From: the human T2T-CHM13v2.0 reference genome, Homo sapiens
Assembly (NCBI RefSeq): GCF_009914755.1
Contig: NC_060942.1
DNA: 64,000 nucleotides
Reading direction: 5' to 3' (one strand)
In this document: piece after piece, positions 29,601-42,715 of the stretch
Numbering within the stretch: the first letter of the stretch is position 1
How the letters are laid out: each line of letters starts with the position of its first letter
Notes under the pieces: model-generated
What the model saw: only the letters and a program-made list of their open reading frames with translations
Told to the model about the DNA's origin: nothing
The model's database searches: none
Program-made: the position numbers and the translations under genes

Positions 29601-31469
29601 AATAAGGTGAGTGATTCACTGGTAAAATCTTATGTGAGGAAATTTTTAAATAATGGGGATGGACTGTTCATTCATGATGAACTGTTTAAGAGAAAACTGA
29701 GACTGCACTTCATTGGAATCATAGACTGAGCCATCCCCAGCTAATTGTGAGAAAAGTAGAAACATATAGTATTAACCTTTTTATGCATTCATAATTTTGT
29801 TAGATCAGCATGGTCATGTACATATTGATTGATAACATGATAGAAACAGCAGAAAATCCCACTATACTAAGGAGCAGAAAAATTCTGCTGCTCTTGGAAG
29901 CCTAGACTTCCATCTCTCTAAGTTGTGGTCTGTGATTTTGATCCATTTGCCTCGTTCATGTGGCAGGGCCTTTACTCTGAAAGAGAACAGTGGAGCAGTG
30001 CCGGCCCAGCTGCTGAAGGGGCCGGGCGAGCATCACATACTGCCACAGCTGAGGGACATTAGTGAATTACAGACTGCCCACTGCTTTTCTGGGATCATCA
30101 CAATTTACCAAACATTCAGAGAGAAGCATAAAGTCACTGGAAACCACACATGCTTTGATGACACACAGATAAGCACCATACATTAGAAAGATTCCTTTTG
30201 AACTACATAGAATGCGAGAAAAACATTTTTTGTATGCTAGCTCAAATCTCAGCCATTCTTGAATTTTGGGGGTGAGGAGTGGAGACAGAAACACATCATG
30301 CAAACACTAAGATGCTTTAGGATTCCATATTTAAGCTATTCATATTTTTCCTGTTTCTGTGAAATTTATTCTTAACAGAAAATTTATAATCTGAGGAAGC
30401 CATATAAATAAATCCTATTAGCATAGTTTTTATTCACTGTAATTGTATTTAGCATACAGGAAATAGATCTTAAAGATACACATTTAAGGGAGGAATTGCC
30501 ACCTTTGGGTTTAGGAACTCAATGCCACCTGCAAGTTGTGAAATAAAGGTACGACATGACAGAGGAATTGAAGATATCTTGTGAAATTGAGGACAAATAT
30601 TAACATACCTGTTTAGCCAGGAAGGAATAAAATGGGAATACCAGGGGCTATACATTAAGTATGTGTTTTTAAAGTCATTTTAGAAGTCTTTGTTTTTGAT
30701 GTGGCCTATTTTCATTACCCTGTTCCTATTGACCAAAATTTTCAGGCTATTCAATGAAAGTTTATATGTCTCCTCCACCGGCCCCCCTGGAATATTCTCT
30801 TACATTATTCCTTAATTTGACAGCTGATAAAGTCTGACAATTTTAGATCATGACATTTAACCAAAGTGTTCTTACATGTAACTTTTGAAATGCTTTCACC
30901 ACGATGGAGTGAGCTTTAGAACAGGATTAATGAGCAGTTCTGTGAAGGGGGAGCTCAGGCTGCGTGGACTATTTTTCCATTCATATTTTTATTTAAAATA
31001 CCTGTCATCTCTGATATTTCATATTGGGTGTGTACACTGAAATGCTGAGTAAAGCAGAGAGTCTGTCATGTCCTCTTTTTTTTTTAGAATAAAGAGAACC
31101 GAAAGACCCATCCTGTAAACCTGTGTAACGGGTGATCCGCATAACAGCCAGATAGGTGGGATCAGATGACACAAATGCGTTCCATATTTACACTGCAGTT
31201 TCCAGAATAAGGTTGACACTCCTTTAATTTCAAACCTCTGATAGTATGGTCCTTCTTCATTCAGATAGAATCTCACATTAAAATATATCACACAGACAAT
31301 GCACTCTTGACTTTAAAGATAACCAAATGCAGAATTAGACTTCATCTGTTGGGACTACCAGATCAATTGCTTTGACTTCATTGCCTGGTCAATTCAGTCC
31401 AATAGCTAGCTTAAATGATTTTTTTTTCTGCCTGCTGAATTTGCCAGCTACTTCACTTACTGTGTAACT

Positions 31470-32030
31470 GTGGAGCTACCACCATGTCCAGGGGCTGTAC
31501 CGGGCACTTTGGGGAGTTACACAGAATTGTCAGGCATGTTTCAAATCTGTGCAGAGTTCATAATATAAAACTAATTAGTAAGGCCTGGCAAAATGTGATT
31601 TAGTATTAAGGGCCTGGAATAAATGGGGTTTGCTGTTGATTATTTTTGTTTCACTAGAAGTCAATGAGTGCTATCGTAGTTAAGAGAATACCATGTGGGA
31701 AGACAAGAATTGAACAGAGAGGAGGGAGGAGACTGCACCAATGGGGAAAGGGCTAGAGGAGAAACCTTAGCAAAATACTAGAATAAAATAAAGGAACAGA
31801 CCTTTAGGGACCAGCTTGGAAATTAGCCTGACTTCAGGAGCATTGGTGTTGAAAAGAGTGAGTTGAAAATTAGGGAACTAGATTATGGAGGGCCTAGAAT
31901 CTTAAGCCAAGGTGTTTAGAGTTTTTCCTAGAGGTGGTAGAGAAGGCTACTTTTAAGTAGGGCAACCAGGAAATAAAGTTGGTGCTTTGGGAAGATGACT
32001 ATGATGACGGTGAATTGAGTAGACTAGAGG
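31470..32030 (-). mobile_element. L2 fragments, antisense
   Basis: ctagattatggagggcct...aagccaagg...ttttaagtaggg...gaagatgact. Confidence 0.55.
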
Positions 32031-32822
32031 AGGGACACAAGGTTTCTCCCTATGCCTTGACCATCTCTCTACCCTCACACACACAGCCCCCAACTTTTGC
32101 ACTGTGGATGCCATACCCTCCAGGTCACTGCAGAGCCCTGACCTCAGAGCTGTAGAATTATCCACATTCTGCAGTCCTGTGCTCAGACTGCCAGACACCA
32201 ATGGAGAGAATCCCTCAGGTGCGCACACTGATGCCTCTTCAAAAGTGCTGGCTTTTCCAGCTTCCACTGAACTCAGTGGGCAATAGGTTCACATGTCTTT
32301 GATTCACTTCCTTCCCCCTTACCCTATAGCTTCTCTTCTAGACCCACCACCCAGCACCAAAGCACCAACCTTTATCATTTTTATGACTATAGGAAGTTTG
32401 CTGATTCCCCCAAATTCACAAGGCCATTTGTTGACATGGGGGAAGGATGACGTGTGGCTAGGCCTCTTGGCTTGAAGCAGCAACCTGCTGGTAGTTTATC
32501 TCATTTTCCCTTCACTTTGCTTTTTTTTATGAGAAGCGTCTTTGGTCAGAAGAAGCATTTATTGTACATATAATAGAGGAGCCGGCAGGGCTAGTTGTTT
32601 TTGTATTTGTTACCTCATTTAGTCTTCTTGTCAGTGCTGTGAAGTAGATATTTTAATATACCCATTTTACAGATGATGTACTTATTCAGTCCAGGGTGGC
32701 CACAGGACACAGCATAAGGGTAAGGGGAAACTATCCACTTGTCACTGTGGCATGAACCCTGAAGATCTGTCAACTGACCACTCCCACACTCAAGTGCACA
32801 CATGATTGTATCTCTTCATTCT

Positions 32823-32824
<2 letters not shown>

Positions 32825-32856
<32 letters not shown>
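32825..32856. repeat. (GT)16 microsatellite
   Basis: Directly visible. Confidence 0.97.
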
Positions 32857-32857
<1 letters not shown>

Positions 32858-33169
32858 TATCTGTCTGTCTCCCTCTCTTAGCTTCTCACTAAACATTTCC
32901 ATGAAAAGAACCGGAGAAGGGATGGAAGCGAGAACTTAGAGGTAATGGTGAGTTTGCTATGATCCTGCTTATGTTGGTTTCCAATGGCAAGGGGTCCCAG
33001 CAGCACACAGCTGGGGACAGACTGGACTTCTCTGGATTCTAGGAGGACACTGTAACTCTTGTCCTGCAGAAGCCAGACCCTTTCTCTTAGCACCTAGGGA
33101 GAAGTATATCCACGGGGAGGGCAGACAGGTGCCCAGAGCCATGAACTACAGCAGGAGTAACACCTTCCC

Positions 33170-33660
33170 TATTATTGTATTTCTCATGACACAGCCCAGC
33201 TCTTTGGGCAGCAGAATCACTACCACACATATTTATGTTTCAGATGCAATCCTCAGTAGTTCACGAGCCTGGTTCAGCAGTGTGTTGCCAATCCCACACC
33301 TGTGAAGTTGGTCATTTTTGTGCCCACACATAAGACTTCTTATTTAGCTGAGTTTGATCTTTCTGATAACTCTGTAGATGTTAGTTCTGTTTTGTAATAT
33401 GGCTGCTCTCCCTTACAATTTTTATAACCACACCAACTGATAACTGTGCCTCCTGTATCTTCATTCAAACCATTATTAATATTGAATAAAACAGCTGAAA
33501 GCTAAGTATTATAACATATCACTAAAATCTTCTCTCAAAGATGCAATCTAACCATTCATCCAAAGCCACTGAGTTTAGTCACATTACTGATTCAGTAATC
33601 CAAGTAACCACAGTATGGTCACTCCTCTCCCCCGTGTATTGTCTCCAAAGGTTAGCTGTC
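33170..33660 (-). mobile_element. L3/CR1-like fragment
   Basis: ctgataactgtgcctcctgtatcttcattcaaaccattattaatattgaataaaacag resembles the antisense CR1 RT region. Confidence 0.45.
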
Positions 33661-35726
33661 CTGAAAGACATCCACAACTACCCAGCCTGTCACTTAAGTT
33701 CTCAGACCCGCCTTCTCACTTGTAAATACCTGTATCAACCACTTCATAGGGATATTCTGGAGCAGATGCAAAGGGCATGAAATAACACAGGAAAGCCTGG
33801 CTTTCAACCTAGACCTTGGGCTCTGCACCCAGTTCTTCCTCTGTAGCGTGCCTTCCAGATCTAGGAGGGGCTGCCCAGGAGATGGACATTCCTTTTCCCT
33901 GGCTGACTGCTTGTCAGAGATGTTGCCTGGGAAATCTTTGCCAACTCCAGCATTCTGTGATTTTATTGATTTTCCCAAACTTGATTTCATTTTGTGTAGA
34001 ATTATTCAATTAATGTAACATTTTGATTGTTTACAGCCTTGCAGTATCATCAATCCCTATTCATCCACATTGATGGATGAAAAGAAGCATCACAGGGTAT
34101 CTACATGTAGTTTAATTGGCTTTTGTATTGTTTAAAACTTGACTTAAAATTTGGGTTTATAATCTGAATTTTACAATAAGTATTAAGCAGTCTAGCCCCA
34201 GCACTACTCACACAGTAAACATTTCTTTCACTGAATTTGCAGTTAGCCAAGTTTAATCCAGAAAAGAAACTGGCCAACTGCCCATCTTGCTTTCTCGCAA
34301 AACACCTCTTTCCAGCTCCTACTGGGACCCAAGAGCATCGGGCTCTTCCATGGCAGGGAGGTGGGGAGATGCCCACCGATGCCTTCTGCTTGTGCATTGT
34401 TCAATATGTGTGTGTTCTCTCAGCTCACATCTTTCTTTTTAGTGTTAAACATCCAAGGAAAACTCTCCATAGTTCTGTCTTCTGAGCCCCTGCTTCGTCT
34501 CTACCCTCCGTATGGGAAAAAGAAGAGAGACAGTTATACTATCAGTCAGAGATTTAAGCAGTGTAACAGTCACAAAGACTTATAAGCAGAATTTCCTTTA
34601 ACAATGAAGAGAATGCCTACATAATTTTTATTTTCAGCTACAAGTTAAAATAATGGTTCTTAGATCAATTATAGAGATACCTGTAAACTTTTTGAGAATT
34701 TTCAGTAAACACAATCCAGTTTACATATAAAGCACATATACTCATTTAATTGGAGTAGGATAAGTGTTCATATGTCTTCAAATACATATTTAAATTTAAA
34801 AATATTTAACTCGGGAAACTATAATTGTATTCCATACTGAGTAACAAAATACTCCTTGTATACAGTTAATGGGCAGATCACGTGCCACATTTTAGTAAAA
34901 GTCTTGATACTGTTCCCAGTGGATTATATATAATATAAAGGAAGCTTGGAAACAAGAATATTGATATTTTCATGTAGTAGAGGTGGGGAGTGAATATAGC
35001 ATCACTCTCCTATCATGACCCTGGCATTCTCGGAGTTTGGGAAGATTTATTTCATTGTGTGCCTCGTCTTACAAATAGCCTGGACAACATCATGCTATCC
35101 CTTCTTTATATAAACAGAATTAGTATCAGTTAATAGAATTTTTGGCATTAGTACTAAATAACTGTTGGTGGAGCATGCTGTTTAGTAGATTGGTTCTAAA
35201 AGTACTAAACTGGGGTAAACCAGTGGTACTAAGGATATTTCAAATGAAAAATAATATACAAACAAAAAATAATTTTGTCATTCTCAGTACTTGTGACAAT
35301 TTTATAGACAGGAGTGAATCTTGCCTTCCTTTCAGATATACAACCTTACAGTCTTTTAATATGGCTTTATAAATAAATACTTAACTATTTTTAGGAAAAA
35401 TTTGAAAATATTCAGCACAATATTCGTTCTTACCTCATTCTGAGCTTTGTGATATGTATTCAGTACTAGTTCTTGATAATTTGTTAACAAGGCGTTTTTA
35501 ACACTTTGGACAGATGCACATACTGTTTTCAATCTTCACGGTTAATTATTCCATTTTGTATTTGATGCCAGAACACCCTGACTCCTAATCACTGCCCATT
35601 GTTGCAAGTCCATTATATTCTAACTGTTTGAGTGCTCCCATTGACCTTGAACTGACATTATAAGCTGTGTCTAATCTTTTCAGTCCATATTTCTAATGCT
35701 TCTTTTCTTTTTTTCCCTTTTTCTGA

Positions 35727-35918
<192 letters not shown>

Positions 35919-37194
35919 TGAGGGTTCATATCCACAAATCCCCTTTACAGTTTATTCTAGAACAATGCAAGTTAATAATTTAGTACTGAAATGAACACAT
36001 GTGTCTGTGTGCATGTACACTGAATTCCACGGTGTGGTGCATTCATTACTTCTGCTTCTGTATTCATTTCTGTTCTCAAAGTTAATTCACTTATAAATAT
36101 TTGACAATCATTTTTCAATCTGAATTACAGCAGGCATATGAAAACTCAAATACATTAAAGGTGTTCACACTTTTCACATGTAAGTACCTACTTGTCATCA
36201 AAACTAAACTTCTTATTTAGTACTGGCTCTCTAACTGTAAACGAAAAATGTAAGTCATAAACTTGCTAATTGTTTTTCCTATTACTTGTCACAGATAAAG
36301 ACTTGAATGCCAGTTGATTCCCACATTCTTAGTGTTCAAACTAATTGCCCACATCTAACTGGAAAACTAGTAAAGAACAATGAGCCAATTATAGGAACTT
36401 TCCTATAGGTCTTAGTAGGAGGAAGAAAAGGAAAGGATGATCAGCTCTTAAATTTTTTTTAAAGGTTTATTCCATTTCAGCATGAATAATGGGCAGACTC
36501 AGTGTCCATGGGGTATGGGCTCTGTCTGAGTTGTTTTTCCTGTAGCTATGATGAATTTTTAAAGTAATAAATTACCTCTGAGTCTATTCAGATAAACTGA
36601 AACCTACTGGGCCTATGTCTGCCCCAGAGCTATCCCTAATAGGCATGCTGTAAATATTTGTGCCATGCATTTCGCTGGGAGGGGAGGAAAGAAAGTCCTA
36701 ATAGCATTTTGTATAGGCTTATGTGAGGCACTGAGGCTTTGAATTCATATCTAAAATAAATTTGTAGACTTAAGGGTGTGCATTTTTCTAATAGTGCATA
36801 ATGTTATAGTAAGGTTCCACTAGATTTAAAATGCACATATGTATGTATTTATTTTGTAGGTATTATATAGTTTTATATAATGTGTGCATATATATATATG
36901 AGCATAAATGGCCAATTTTATTAGTCTTGGAAGGTTTTTTTTGCCAGTTTTTCCCATCAGTGGAATATGCACAGGTCATAATATTGAATATAGTGAATAA
37001 GCCTCACATTAGTCTGACAGGTCCTTGTATTAATTGTGTTTTCAAACTTCATTTGCACCATTTACATATGAGTATTTTTTTAAAAATGAACTGTTAGAAT
37101 ACCCATGCTTTGAATTCATTCTACTCCAGCTTTTGGCTGGAAAGATAATTTTAAAGTAACAGTCCACATTTATTACCTTTAAAAAGAAGTTTTC

Positions 37195-37358
37195 AGCCTG
37201 GTACTGTGGCATGTGCCTGTAGTCCTAGCTGTTTGGGAGGCTGAGGCAGGAGGATGGCTTAAGCCTAGGAGTTTGAGTCTAGCCTGGGCAACATAGTGAA
37301 GTGAAACCCTATCTGTAAATATTATATAATAAAAAATAAATAAATAAAAATAAATGAA
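37195..37358 (+). mobile_element. Alu monomer (FLAM_A-like)
   Basis: Single arm gtggcatgtgcctgtagtcc...agcctgggcaacatag, A-rich tail, TSD aagttttc. Confidence 0.85.
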
Positions 37359-37686
37359 ACAACACACACAAGTTTTCCACTTCATTGTTCAATCTTAGAG
37401 TATTAGAGTAAAATACTAAAGTATTTCTTATTATTATCTCTGACCTCTACCCCGTTTCTATGCCTACTACCTTATGGCTCTTCCCGGGCTAGTCCAGGGC
37501 CTGTTAATATTCTTTCTCCTCTGAACTATAAAGCTTACGATTGTATAGGGAAAATCACACTGAATGTATATTATTTGCCATGCTCATTATTTTTGGAGGC
37601 ATGTTCATATGGATTTTCCAACTTAATTGTAAAGCACTTAGAGAATAATTTCTGGGACACAGTGAGTGTGGTTAAAGTCTTATTTG

Positions 37687-38119
37687 CAGTTGATCCTCAA
37701 ACAGTAAGGGAGTTAGGGGCACTGATCCCCCTAGCAGTCAAAAACCCACAAATAATATTTGACTGCTCCAAAACTTAACTACTCTTAGCCCACTGTTGAC
37801 CAAAAGTCTTACTGATAACATAAACAATTAACACATATTTTGTATGTTATATATATTATATACTGTAGTCTTACTATAAAGTAAACTAGAGAAAAGAAAA
37901 TGTGAAGAAACTCATAAGGAAGTGAAAATCTATGTCCTATTCATTAAGTGAAAGTGGATCATCATAAAGGTCTTCATCCTTGTCATCTCCACATTGAGTA
38001 GACTGAGGGGGAGGAAGTGGAGGGGATTAGTCTTGCTAATCAGAGGCTCAGAGGCAGAAGAAAATCTGAGTATAAGTCGGGTCATGCATTTCAAACCCAT
38101 GTTGTTCATGGGTCAGCTG
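37687..38119. mobile_element. Tigger2a-like DNA transposon (~433 bp)
   Basis: TIRs cagttgatcctcaaaca / tgttcatgggtcagctg; internal aagtggatcatcataaaggtcttcatcctt. Confidence 0.85.
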
Positions 38120-38482
38120 CACTATCATTACTTGAGAGCAAGGATCGTATCTTTTACTTCCTGGGCATCTGCCAACTTCTGTCTACTTCAGTTCCAAATG
38201 TACCAAATTCACAAGTCCTCAATATGTTTCTTTTTAAACATGTCATGATAGTGTTGTATTAACGTCTCATATAATGTTCAGGAACTTACAGAATTCTATT
38301 AGGCAATACCTATTGAGTTTTTATTATACTAAGTATTGTTTTTGTAAACAAAAGTATTTTCTGACTCACCCACAAGAAGTTTATTTTTTTCTATAGTATT
38401 AGAAAGTAAAAAATAAACCATGGCTAGAAATATAAAACTATATCAGTGTCAATCATATCTACAGCATAGAAATGTTTTGTAG

Positions 38483-38653
<171 letters not shown>

Positions 38654-38756
38654 TGATCCATCAGCAACCTAAATTAAATATTCTAATGAAGTAATATAAA
38701 TCAGTATCTTTATTTCCAGCATCTCTAAAAGAGATGAAGGGTGAGAGAGAAAGAAT

Positions 38757-38758
<2 letters not shown>

Positions 38759-38796
<38 letters not shown>
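38759..38796. repeat. (GT)19 microsatellite in the 632-nt intron
   Basis: Directly visible. Confidence 0.97.
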
Positions 38797-38806
<10 letters not shown>

Positions 38807-39243
38807 TAACTAAAATTAACTTTTGTGCCATTTCTGGAAGACTTATTTAAATTTCCTCAAAAATCAAAACGATTTTCAAGTTCATTCACCATTCACATGG
38901 AATTGGTCTGTAATATGTAAAGGTCTGTAATATGTAAAGGTTATGTTCCCTTTGACATCTTTCATTATAAATAAAATATATAATGTGTTGAATAATGTAT
39001 TATGTACATAAATATGAATTGACTTTAAACTAAACAAGTCTGTTGTCTTTATTTTATTGCACTGTCCTTTAAATTTCTTTTCACAGATAAGAGAAAGGAT
39101 AGACTGTAGTATACACATGGCTTAAATTGCTTTTGTTTTTATTTTAAATACTAAAATAAAGCTATATAGACTTTCTATGGGCAAATGAGGCCTAAATTAA
39201 TCATTTACATTTTGGAAAATTAAGTATTTGAAATTAATTTTAA

Positions 39244-39348
<105 letters not shown>

Positions 39349-41004
39349 TAAAGAAGCCTTCAAGAGCATGCAGAATAAATAATTTTCAGTAACAAATAAT
39401 TTTAAAAATTTTTGGCATGGTGTTAGTAGTCTTGGTCAATTAGAAATCCAGTTATTTATTAATGTCTGCTTACTTTCTAAAACAATATGGGCAGGTTACA
39501 GTTAAAAACAAAAATATAGTAGAGTTAGCTATTTGAAATTGGGTGATGAAGATATTTTGCTCAAACCTTAGAAAAAATGAGTAAGAGAGAACATTCATTG
39601 AATATGTCTGTATTCTTATATTCATTACTCTAATTATTATTTACATTATACAATTGAGTTAGGAAGCTTCTGGCTTTGGAAAGAAAATGTTCTTTTCTGC
39701 CAGCAGACATCTTTGTGCCACGCTTTCACTGATAAAGTTTATTTTTAATACCAAGGCCAGTCTTTGCATTACGTTCTCTTAAGTATAGGTGTTTTCCTTA
39801 TGAGAAAGCAGGAAAAGAAGCCAAGAAAAGTTAAAACTTTCATAAACAATGTTGCATTTGCTAAGTATAACTATAAATTATATATATACATAATTTAATA
39901 ATTATATAGCATATAATTATTATAGCATGAAGGGGTATTTTTAGAGCCAAAGTGTAGTAACGTTATGTTTATTTTTCTTTCAAAGCTGTTTTAAGCTTGG
40001 TTCTCAAAATGCTTATAGATTGAGGTACATCTTGTTAAAAAAGGTTTAATCTCCATGCGGTCGTTAGAAATAGTATTTAAATCTGTTGAAGATAATTGTT
40101 TTTGTAGAAAACAGAACAACCAGTTATTCATAGTTATATAACATTTTTCTTTTTAAGACAAGTTCAATGATATTCTATTTTTGCTCATTTTTATGAATAC
40201 ATTGTAGTAGAAAGCTTCATTTTAGACTACAGCTTTCCTGAGAGCAATGGCATTACCTGCTATGCAAATGTATTTCAGCACGTGATTGTACTCTATGAGC
40301 CTTCGCATATCTTTTTCTGTATTTACAATAGACCTTGTATCCTATCTCTTTATTTTGCAGTTTCTGATTCATGCATCCCAAAATTTAAAAACATAAACAC
40401 AAATTTTAAAAAAATTATACTGTAGCATACCTGTTTACAGATGCATATTTTCTTGTGATGGGGTTTGGCAAATTAGAATACAGCCGTGTTTTAACATTAT
40501 GCCGTGTGTTTGGTTTATGGTCTTCTTCTTAAGAATTGTATATATTAAATCTTATGCACAATTAATTGATTTTAAGAATACAGGTAGTTGTTATTTTTCC
40601 AGTTGACTATTTTCAATGGGAATGTCTAAGCGAAAATGTACTTTTGCCTGTCACTTCCTGGAGGTGATGAGGAAGCAGTTTTATTAGGGCTTATTTTACT
40701 GAATTTTAACAGTGCTCCTTATAGCACCAGCCACTGGCATGTAAAGAAGCTTCCTGGAGTTAACATGAAAGTGCTCAATGTTTAAAGGATCTGTTTTTCC
40801 CCTCTGCTGGAAGCCTACCTCCTCCACAAGCCATATACTCAATCCCTAAAACCACCTTAGTCTGCTGCATATGCACTTTTGTTTCCTATTATGTGGTCAG
40901 TGAAGAGTCAGGGTTCTGCTAGAATGCTAAGGAGGCGTGTGTCTTAACTGAAGGCTCAGTATAAATTTTTTCTGATTTGGCGGAAAGGAGTTCTATTTTG
41001 TTTA

Positions 41005-41590
41005 TCAATTTAATAACATTTATTGAACACCTACTGTGTATCAAGTACTAGCCAGGCCCTGGGGAAACAATGATGAATAAGATGATATCCTCACGGGGCA
41101 CAGGAGAGGTAATTATACAGACAGATGATTCCAGCTTCTTCCTATGCTGGAGTAGAATTACATACCAGGGACTGAGGTAGGCAATAAATGGAGTGCTTAA
41201 TTCTGGGTATGGGAGTCTGAAAAAGTTTCACAAAGGAGAAGGCATAATAATAATAATAATAATAACCTGTGAAAAATGCCTTAATAAAAGTGTCTGCCAA
41301 ATGGAAAGAGGGATTTTCCCTCTGAGGGAGTTGTGGTGATGGAAAAGTGGTGGTGGATTCTGGAAGCTTCACAGAAGAGTTGATGGGGTGGGCTTTGCAG
41401 GATAATTAGGGGTGTGTCATCTTGAATTGCAGAGGGAACCAGGCTGGCAAATGTTTGGCAGCACAGCAGTGTACAGCAAGTTTGGTAAATGCTGTGTAGT
41501 AGAGTGGCTAGAACATAGGTTGAGGATAGGAGTCTAGTATAGTGCCCGAGTATAGAGGGCTTTGAATTTCATAGGAAAGAGTTTGACTAT
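41005..41590 (-). mobile_element. L2, antisense (appears to resume near 42718); contains an (AAT)n tract
   Basis: acatttattgaacacctactgtgtatcaag L2 tail; purine-rich body. Confidence 0.7.
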
Positions 41591-41592
41591 TA

Positions 41593-42715
41593 CAGCAGGT
41601 CCTTGAATAATGTCATTTCATTCAACATCATTTCATCATAATGTTGAAGAGAAAAAAATAATTCTCAGCTGGGGTCACTGTCTATGTGGCCTTTACACTT
41701 TCTCCTCAGGTCCATGTGGGTTTTCTCTGGGTACTCTGGTTTCCTCCCACATCCCAAAGATGTGCCCATTAGGTGAACTAGCATTTCTAAATGGTCCCCA
41801 TCTGAGCGAGAGTGTCTGGCGTGTGCACACGCACTCTGCCATGGAATGGCATCCTATCCAGGGCTGGTTCTGCCTAGTGCCCTGAGTCGCTGGGAGAGAC
41901 TCCAGCCATCCATGATCCTGAACTAGAATAAGTGGGTAAATAATGATCTTACCTGTTTTTGTCACTGGTAGGTGGAGTTCTTTCCCTGCTTTGTTATCAG
42001 TCGCAAAGCAGGAAAAAGTCAAGCAGGGTTTACTCCTGGCCAGGCCTGGAGAAGGAAAGAACTCTTGGTCTAAAGACGCCCTCTCCCCGACAAATAGAAG
42101 GCATGGTGCGTTTAAGGACCGGGTATGGGGAGGGAGAGGGATGTTAGCATGCACAGGGTGGGACCCCAGATGCACAGGCTCAGTGCATAAACATACATCT
42201 TCATGCAACCCATGACACAAAATGGCGAGGTGTTCTTTTGGGGGAGGGAATTTTAGCATTATAATGATAATATTAAGGATCTAAAGGCAACTAGGGGTCA
42301 CTTGTTCCAGTTTGTGCCAGTTGGGGATCTTATCTCCCTCTGGTATCTGGTCAGGAATGGAGAAGCTCTGGTGCTACTGGGCTGTCTGGTTTCTTTATGC
42401 AGCTGTGCCTACAAATAAAGGGCATAAATAAAGAAAAACAGTAAGAAAAAGAACTTTTCCAATTATTTCATCAGGGTGGTCCTGGTAACATTTTTATTAA
42501 TCTTTCTTAAATGTATGTAGATCTCAACTTTATTTCAGTGTTTAACATTGGAAGTGTTTTGGGTCTTTCTGAGTTTGGTGATGTTTTTGTGACCAGAAAT
42601 GTGCCATAGAAACATAACTATTTATTTATATCAATTAGCCTGTGGTACAACTGGTTTCATTATAGGTCAGTTTTCAAGAACATATTAAATCCTCACGTTA
42701 AGTAAGGACTTACTG
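41593..42715. mobile_element. MER6/MER6A-like Tigger element split by an LTR
   Basis: TIRs cagcaggtccttgaataatgt / acgttaagtaaggacttactg, TA both sides; internal gtgggttttctctgggtactctggtttcctcccacatcccaaaga. Confidence 0.85.
41960..42490. mobile_element. Solo ERV LTR (531 bp, TG...CA), family not assigned
   Basis: Ends tgtcactgg / ctggtaaca, apparent 4-bp TSD tttt; the host MER6 sequence rejoins as cttacctgtttttattaatc. Confidence 0.75.

Noticed and set aside
38461-38482. Alternative acceptor ctacag| 18 nt upstream of the 150-nt exon
   Set aside because: Would add CAT AGA AAT GTT TTG TAG (stop) and lacks a pyrimidine tract; no support.
41693-42259. 188-aa minus-strand ORF
   Set aside because: Spans the junction of an LTR and MER6; no recognisable domain or splice context.
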